From: Methanopyrus kandleri AV19
Lineage (GTDB): Archaea; JAADCQ01; Methanopyri; Methanopyrales; Methanopyraceae
Direction of reading: 5' to 3'
Assembly (NCBI RefSeq): GCF_000007185.1
Contig: NC_003551.1
Span: forward strand, 1,200,001-1,232,000
DNA: 32,000 nt
Positions 27,184 to 32,000 of the stretch are shown piece by piece. The notes beneath the pieces were generated by a model. It saw only the letters and a list, made by a program, of their open reading frames with translations, was not told the origin of the DNA and made no database searches. Both the position numbers and the translations under genes were made by a program. Numbering within the stretch: position 1 is the first letter of the stretch; every line of letters begins with the position of its first letter.

Positions 27184-27197
27184 TTAGGTCCTCCTAA
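27184..27197. promoter_or_regulatory. Putative operator, TTAGG-TCCT-CCTAA
   Basis: Perfect 5-bp inverted arms with 4-bp spacer, between the candidate TATA box and the start codon of the DUF5320-like gene. Confidence 0.7.
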
Positions 27198-27205
27198 CGC
27201 CGCGA

Positions 27206-27219
27206 TTAGGGAAACCTAA
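27206..27219. promoter_or_regulatory. Putative operator, TTAGG-GAAA-CCTAA
   Basis: Same element as 27184-27197, with dyad centres 22 bp apart. Confidence 0.7.
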
Positions 27220-27225
27220 CTCGGT

Positions 27226-27233
27226 AATAAAGC
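27226..27233 (-). promoter_or_regulatory. Candidate archaeal TATA element (CTTTATTA on the minus strand; TAATAAAG on the plus strand)
   Basis: Isolated AT-rich box in GC-rich DNA, between two divergent genes and just upstream of the two inverted repeats relative to the minus-strand operon. Confidence 0.45.
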
Positions 27234-27251
27234 TTTGGGGATGGGAAAGCC

Positions 27252-27620
27252 GTGCCCACGGTCCGGGACGCGATGACCGAGGACGTCGTGGTCGTGGGGC
27301 CGGACGAGCCCCTGGAGCGCGTGCTCCGGACGTTCGCGTCCGAGTCGATCCACGGGGTGCCCGTCGTCGAGGGTGGCCGGTTGATCGGGATCGTGACGTC
27401 GGTCGACGTCGTCCGCGCCCTGGCCTCGGGCGAGTGGAGGGAGCTGACCGCGGGCGATGTCACCCGGAAGGCCGTGACCGTGGACCCAGACGAGGATCTC
27501 GAGACCGCGCTGGACCTGATGGCGGCCGTCGGTGAGGACCGCGCGGTGGTGGTCGAGGACGGGGAGATCGTCGGCGTAGTCACCGTACTGGACGCCATCC
27601 GCGTGCTGTTAGGGGAGTGA
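27252..27620 (+). CDS. CBS-domain pair protein
   Basis: VRDAMTEDVVVVGPDEPLERVLRTFASESIHGVPVVEGGRLIGIVTSVDVVRA...; two CBS repeats. Confidence 0.92.
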   Translation: MPTVRDAMTEDVVVVGPDEPLERVLRTFASESIHGVPVVEGGRLIGIVTSVDVVRALASGEWRELTAGDVTRKAVTVDPDEDLETALDLMAAVGEDRAVVVEDGEIVGVVTVLDAIRVLLGE

Positions 27621-27624
27621 GCCG

Positions 27625-28965
27625 TTGAAACGGTTGTTCTATCCCGAGGCCGTCGCCGTGGTCGGCGCCTCCCGAGACCCCTCGAAGGTAGGTCACGGGA
27701 TCTTCCGGAACCTGCTGCGCGACTTCGACGGACCGGTGTACCCCGTGAACCCCCACGCCGACGAGCTCCTGGGTCGACGCTGCTACCCGTCGCTCCTCGA
27801 GCTCCCCGAGCGGGTCGACCTGGCGGTGATCGCGGTCCCCGCCCGCGTGGTTCCCGAGGTGGTGCGCGAGGCCGGGGAGGCCGGCGTACCGTACTGCGTG
27901 GTGATCTCCGCGGGCTTCTCCGAGGCGGGCAACGAGGACCTCGAGCGGGAGCTGGTCAGGACCGCCCGGAAAGTCGGCGTCCGGCTGGTGGGTCCCAACT
28001 GCCTCGGGATCATCAACGCGAGGATCGGGCTCAACGCGTCCTTCGCGGCGGAGTCCCCTCCCCCGGGCAACATCGCGTTTGTGACGCAGAGCGGGGCCCT
28101 CGCGACATCGGTCATCGACTGGTTCTCCTCGGGAGACGTCGGGACGGTCGGCGTGGGGTTCAGCAAGTTCGTGAGCCTGGGCAACGCGGCCGACCTGGAC
28201 TTCCCCGACTTCCTCGAGTACCTGGCGGAGGACGACGATACCGACGTGGTCGTGCTGTACCTGGAGGGCGTCAAGGACGGGCCGCGGTTCCTGGACGCGC
28301 TGTCCGAGTGTGCCGGGCGTAAGCCGGTGATCGTGCTCAAGGGCGGCAGGACGGAGGCCGGGGCCGAGGCGGTCGGCACCCACACCGGTTCACTGGCGGG
28401 CTCGGGAGAGGTCTACGAGGGGCTCGTCGAGGGAGAGGGTGGTATCTTCGTGGGAGGGTTCGAGGAGGCGTTCGACGCGGCGAAGCTGCTGGCTAAGGCC
28501 GGTCCCCCGACGTCGGACCGCGTGCTGATCGTGACGAACGCCGGGGGCGGCGGGATCCTGGCGACGGACGCCCTGCACGAGCTGGGCTTCGAGCTCCCGG
28601 AGCCCGCGGGGGACCCCTCGGTGCTGCCACCGGAGGCGGCGACGGGTAACCCCGTCGACGTGCTGGGGGACGCGGACGCGGAGCGTTACCGGGTCGCGCT
28701 GGAGGAGTTCGCGGATCCCGATCGGTACGGGGCCGTGATGGTCATCCTCACGCCGCAGAGCGTGACGGAGCCCGTGAAGACGGCACGGGCGGTCGTGGAG
28801 TTCGTCGAGGAGTTCCCGGGACCGGTGATCGGGGTCTGGATGGGCCGTCACTCCGTGGCCCTGGGGATCAGGGTTCTAGAGGAGGGCGGGGTGCCGACGT
28901 TCCCCTCGCCCGAGCGCGCCGCGAGGGCGCTGTACCACGCGGCCAGGTGGGCGGAAGTATTATAA
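27625..28965 (+). CDS. ADP(NDP)-forming acyl-CoA synthetase, alpha-subunit type (CoA-binding plus ligase-CoA domains)
   Basis: VAVVGASRDPSKVGHGIFRNLL.., GPNCLGIINARIGLNASFA, FVTQSGALATSVIDWFSS, KPVIVLKGGRTEAGAEAVGTHTGSLAGS; 446 aa with no ATP-grasp domain. Confidence 0.9.
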   Translation: MKRLFYPEAVAVVGASRDPSKVGHGIFRNLLRDFDGPVYPVNPHADELLGRRCYPSLLELPERVDLAVIAVPARVVPEVVREAGEAGVPYCVVISAGFSEAGNEDLERELVRTARKVGVRLVGPNCLGIINARIGLNASFAAESPPPGNIAFVTQSGALATSVIDWFSSGDVGTVGVGFSKFVSLGNAADLDFPDFLEYLAEDDDTDVVVLYLEGVKDGPRFLDALSECAGRKPVIVLKGGRTEAGAEAVGTHTGSLAGSGEVYEGLVEGEGGIFVGGFEEAFDAAKLLAKAGPPTSDRVLIVTNAGGGGILATDALHELGFELPEPAGDPSVLPPEAATGNPVDVLGDADAERYRVALEEFADPDRYGAVMVILTPQSVTEPVKTARAVVEFVEEFPGPVIGVWMGRHSVALGIRVLEEGGVPTFPSPERAARALYHAARWAEVL

Positions 28966-28983
28966 TGTTAGGCGCACCTAACA
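28966..28983. promoter_or_regulatory. Putative operator TGTTAGG-CGCA-CCTAACA upstream of feoAB
   Basis: Perfect 7-bp inverted arms with 4-bp spacer, directly after a TATA-like stretch (tattataat, 28958-28966) and before feoA. Confidence 0.8.
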
Positions 28984-28997
28984 ATTGAGTACCGACG

Positions 28998-29237
28998 GTG
29001 GGTGGTGCCGTGAAGACACTGCTCGAGGTGCCAGAGGGGAGGACGGTCCGCGTCGTCGACGTGGCCGCCGGTAAGGGAGCGGCCGCCATGCTGTACGAGC
29101 TCGGGATCCGGCCCGGGGCACGCGTCGAGGTCGTGAAGTCCGGTCCGGGTCCCGTCATCGTGCGCGTCGGCGGCGCGAAGTACTCCCTGGGTCGCGGCCT
29201 CGCGGCCAAGGTGATCGTCGAGGAGGAACAGGGGTGA
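28998..29237 (+). CDS. feoA: Ferrous iron transport protein FeoA (SH3-like)
   Basis: 79 aa, GAAAMLYELGIRPGARVEVVKSGPGPVIVRVGGAKYSLGRGLAAKVIVEE. Start may be GTG 28998 or GTG 29010. Confidence 0.9.
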   Translation: MGGAVKTLLEVPEGRTVRVVDVAAGKGAAAMLYELGIRPGARVEVVKSGPGPVIVRVGGAKYSLGRGLAAKVIVEEEQG

Positions 29238-29241
29238 GGCG

Positions 29242-31194
29242 ATGAGGACGGTAGCGCTGGCGGGACCACCGAACGTGGGTAAGACCACCATAATGTCCCG
29301 GGTCTGCCGCGCGAACCTGGAGGTCGGGAACTGGCCCGGGGTCACCGTCGAGAGGAAGACCTGCACGTACGAGTTCCGGGGGGATAGGTACCGTCTCATC
29401 GACCTCCCGGGCACGTACAGCCTCACGGCTTTCTCCGAGGACCAGCGCGTCGCCCGCGACTACCTGCTCGGCCGGACCGACGGGAAGCCGGACGCCGTGG
29501 TCGTCGTCGGGGACGCGCTCAACGTGGCCGGGGCCGTGCGCGTGTTCCTCGAGATCGCGGAGCTCGGGTACCATCACGTCATCCTGGCCGTGAACATGCT
29601 TGACGAGGCGGAGCGCGCGGGCATCGGCATCGACCTGAAACGACTGGAGCGCGAGCTGGGAGTGCCCGTCGTCGGTATATCCGCGAAGCGGGGATACGGG
29701 ATCGAGCACCTCAAGCGCGCGATCGCGGACGTCGTGCAGGGAAGGGTCGAGCCGAACCCCAGGTCCCCCCGGTACCCTCGCGAGGTCGAGAGGGCCGTGA
29801 AGGAGCTCGCCCCGGAGGTCGGTGAAAGGCTCCCGGAGTACCCCCCGCGTTGGGCCGTCCTCAAGCTCCTCGAGGGGGACCCCGAACTCCTCCGGGAACT
29901 CGAAAAACGCGATCCCGAGCTTCTAAAACGGGTTAAAGAGGTCAAGAAACGTATCGCCGAGCGGACCTCCCACGACCCGGCCGTCCTGATCTCGCAGGCC
30001 CGGGACGAACTCGCCACGCGGATCGCCCGGAACTGCGTGACGGGTCGGCCTTCGCTCTCCCGTCAGGACCGGATCGACCGCGTCCTCACGCACCCGGTGT
30101 GGGGCACGCTCATCGCCCTGGGCGTGCTCGGGACGGTGTTCGCGTCGGCGTTCCTCCTGGGCGACCCGCTCTCCGAGCTCGTGGAGGGGGCGTTCGAACA
30201 CCTCGCCGGGTTCGCCCGAAGTCTGCCCGCGCCATGGTCCGACCTACTCGCCGAGGGCGTGATCCCCGGCGTGGGAACCGTGCTCGCCATGTACCCGTAC
30301 GTGTTCGTCATGCTACTACTCCTCACCGTGCTCGAGGATGCCGGCTACACGGCCCGCCTCGCCGCCTTAGCGTCCGGCCTGCTCGCCCGCTTCGGTCTCC
30401 ACGGCAAGACCGTGTTCCCCGCCGTCCTGTCCCTCTCCTGCAACGTACCCGCGATCACGGCGAGCCGGATCATCGAGGACGAACGGGCCCGCCTGCTGAC
30501 CGCGATCGTCGTGCCGCTGATCCCCTGCGGTGCCCGTCTCGAGGTGATCACGTTCCTCACGGCGAAGCTACCGGACCCCTGGCGCGTACCGGCCGCCGTT
30601 TCCATCTACGTCGTCGCCCTCTCGCTGTTCGTGGCCACGTCCTACATCCTACACCGCCTCCTCTTCGGCAAGCCGGAGCCCCACCGCGGGCACGTGATCG
30701 AGCTCCCACGCCTCCGTAAGCCGCACCTACGCACGGTGCTCACCGTCACCTGGCTGCGCTCGAACGAGTTCCTCCAGAAGGCCGGCACGATCATCCTGGC
30801 GGCCTCGGTCCTGCTCTGGGTCGCCACCCGATACCCGGAGCCGCTGGGCACCGGCGGGAGCGCGATCGAGCTCGTCGGTAAGGCCCTCGAGCCGGTGACG
30901 GTGGCCCTCCTGGGGCTGGACTGGAAGGGGGCCGTGGCGCTCCTCAACGGGATCGTCGCGAAGGAGATCGTCATCTCCACCCTCGCCATGCTGCACGCGC
31001 ACCTCACGCCCGAGAACGCCTACGTGCTCACCCTGGTGAGCGCGCTGTACATCCCGTGTGCCGCCACGATAGGTGCGGTCTACTCGGAGACCGGTTCCAT
31101 GAGGTACGCCGCACTCTCCGTCGCGGCGAACCTGTCCCTCGCGACCCTGGTCGGCGCGGCCGTGCACCACGCGCTCGTGGCACTCGGCGGCTGA
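29242..31194 (+). CDS. feoB: Ferrous iron transport protein FeoB
   Basis: AGPPNVGKTTIMSRVCR, DLPGTYSLTAFSEDQRVARDYLL, NMLDEAE; transmembrane region with Gate motifs (LSLSCNVPAITASRI); 650 aa. Confidence 0.96.
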   Translation: MRTVALAGPPNVGKTTIMSRVCRANLEVGNWPGVTVERKTCTYEFRGDRYRLIDLPGTYSLTAFSEDQRVARDYLLGRTDGKPDAVVVVGDALNVAGAVRVFLEIAELGYHHVILAVNMLDEAERAGIGIDLKRLERELGVPVVGISAKRGYGIEHLKRAIADVVQGRVEPNPRSPRYPREVERAVKELAPEVGERLPEYPPRWAVLKLLEGDPELLRELEKRDPELLKRVKEVKKRIAERTSHDPAVLISQARDELATRIARNCVTGRPSLSRQDRIDRVLTHPVWGTLIALGVLGTVFASAFLLGDPLSELVEGAFEHLAGFARSLPAPWSDLLAEGVIPGVGTVLAMYPYVFVMLLLLTVLEDAGYTARLAALASGLLARFGLHGKTVFPAVLSLSCNVPAITASRIIEDERARLLTAIVVPLIPCGARLEVITFLTAKLPDPWRVPAAVSIYVVALSLFVATSYILHRLLFGKPEPHRGHVIELPRLRKPHLRTVLTVTWLRSNEFLQKAGTIILAASVLLWVATRYPEPLGTGGSAIELVGKALEPVTVALLGLDWKGAVALLNGIVAKEIVISTLAMLHAHLTPENAYVLTLVSALYIPCAATIGAVYSETGSMRYAALSVAANLSLATLVGAAVHHALVALGG

Positions 31195-31207
31195 ACCCGC
31201 CGTCACC

Positions 31208-31215
31208 TTATTTTT
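31208..31215 (+). terminator. Possible archaeal poly-T terminator after feoB
   Basis: TTATTTTT 14 nt downstream of the feoB stop in otherwise GC-rich sequence. Confidence 0.4.
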
Positions 31216-31276
31216 CCGTGAACGGGGTCCTGAGATCCGCCAGGTAACGCCCCTTATCGCCCCCGGAGGGAGCCCG

Positions 31277-31340
31277 GCCGATGAGGAGTGGCGCCGGGAT
31301 GAGGGTCTCCCGATGACCGGGGGTAACGGGAGCTGAGGCT
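31277..31340 (+). ncRNA. Weak candidate C/D box-like sRNA
   Basis: GGCC-GATGAgg ... CTGA-GGCT: C-like box at 31280-31286, CTGA D box at 31333-31336, and a short terminal pairing; additional GATGA boxes inside but no clear D'. Confidence 0.2.
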
Positions 31341-31754
31341 CACGAGGCGGTGTATATTCATCGGGCGGTCGGGGTGACCCCATCTCGAGGGCGGGTTCAA
31401 CACCGCGATCTCGTCCCAATCGACGCTGGAACCTCACTTCGGCGCTCCTTGCTCGACCTCGGATTCACATCCAAGCCGTCACCACGGGGATCGACCTTCA
31501 CGACGGCGAGCCCGCGCTTCGGCACACGTCGTTCGATCCTGAAACCGAATTGTTTCCACGTTCACTTCGATCCGTCGGCGTCCGTCAGGGTTCGAGGTCG
31601 GGCGCCGCGGGGGGAGGGCGGCACTGCTTAAATAGCCCATTGACCCTACCTCGCCGCGACTTAGCCGGCAGTCGGGCAGGCCACGCTGCACCGTAAAAGA
31701 GGAATGAGGAGGCCGAGGAACGCCGATCGATGACGAGGGTCGGTGTTCCCGACC

Positions 31755-32000
31755 TCACTCCAGACGTTTCAGCAGGTTCCTCAGCATCTTCGTGTGCCGC
31801 TCCTCGTCGTGCGCGGTACTGATCAGGTACGCCCGTACGTCCTCGCTCATCTCGTCCCCGTACTCCTCGATCACGTTCCTCCTGAGCTCGGCGGCCTGCG
31901 CCTCCCGCTCCGCCAGTCGCTCGACCTCCGCCCTGATGTCCTCGCTCAGCTTCCCGGCGATCCGAGCCACGATCGCGGCGTGCCTCAGCTCCTCGTCCGC
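31755..32000 (-). CDS. Ferritin-like/rubrerythrin-type di-iron protein, partial, continuing past the right edge
   Basis: The frame stays open upstream of the track start at 31970: ADEELRHAAIVARIAGKLSEDIRAEVERLAEREAQAAELRRNVIEEYGDEMSEDVRAYLISTAHDEERHTKMLRNLLKRLE. EExxH-like and DEERH motifs. Confidence 0.65.
   Translation of the reverse strand, partial: ADEELRHAAIVARIAGKLSEDIRAEVERLAEREAQAAELRRNVIEEYGDEMSEDVRAYLISTAHDEERHTKMLRNLLKRLE

Noticed and set aside
27580-28383. 267-aa minus-strand ORF opposite the acyl-CoA synthetase gene
   Set aside because: Shadow frame of a conserved CDS.
31390-31412. GGGTTCAACACC, tRNA T-arm-like word
   Set aside because: No acceptor stem, D-arm or anticodon arm could be paired around it, so not a tRNA.
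31350-31631. 93-aa plus-strand ORF after feoB
   Set aside because: No recognisable domain, no operon context and no clear ribosome-binding context; treated as non-coding.
31650-31700. TTAGCCGGCAG-like D-arm word downstream of a TATA-like box
   Set aside because: No matching T-arm or acceptor stem within tRNA distance.
1-32000. CRISPR array, transposon or prophage
   Set aside because: No regularly spaced repeats, transposase, integrase or long terminal inverted repeats seen in a manual scan.

Overview
GC-rich archaeal chromosome window. Gene content, acidic proteins, heavy GTG/TTG start usage and archaeal TATA-like elements suggest a hyperthermophilic methanogen, most likely Methanopyrus; this identification is inference, not a database result. 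Almost every base lies in a recognisable gene: aksA/leuA-type synthase, DUF190-CrcB, UppP, ACT plus UPF0210 (DUF711), an isopropylmalate/homoisocitrate dehydrogenase, part of a ribosomal-protein operon (Rnp1/Rpp29, S17, L14, L24, S4e, L5, S14, S8, L6, L32e), purM, aCPSF1 (KH/beta-CASP), proteasome beta, proS, G1P dehydrogenase, FKBP, minimal SUF (sufB, sufC), a PP-loop enzyme, a PD-(D/E)XK nuclease, a ThDP enzyme, a HARP-type PIN protein, two MinD/Mrp-like ATPases with inserted ferredoxins plus a NifX-like protein and companions, CBS, an ADP-forming acyl-CoA synthetase alpha subunit, feoA, feoB and a ferritin-like fragment. The most notable signal is a sequence-level link between iron uptake and the MinD/ferredoxin/NifX cluster. 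By manual scan the perfect element TTAGG-N4-CCTAA occurs three times in the window: once in the feoAB promoter, and twice 22 bp apart in the promoter of the MinD/ferredoxin/NifX cluster. I also report a series of strong hairpins directly upstream of the sufC start codon, a PIN-type RNase P-like protein in a genome that also has an RNase P RNA-type subunit, a PP-loop enzyme with a non-canonical P-loop, and several candidate small RNAs at low confidence. No CRISPR array, transposon, rRNA or convincing tRNA was seen.
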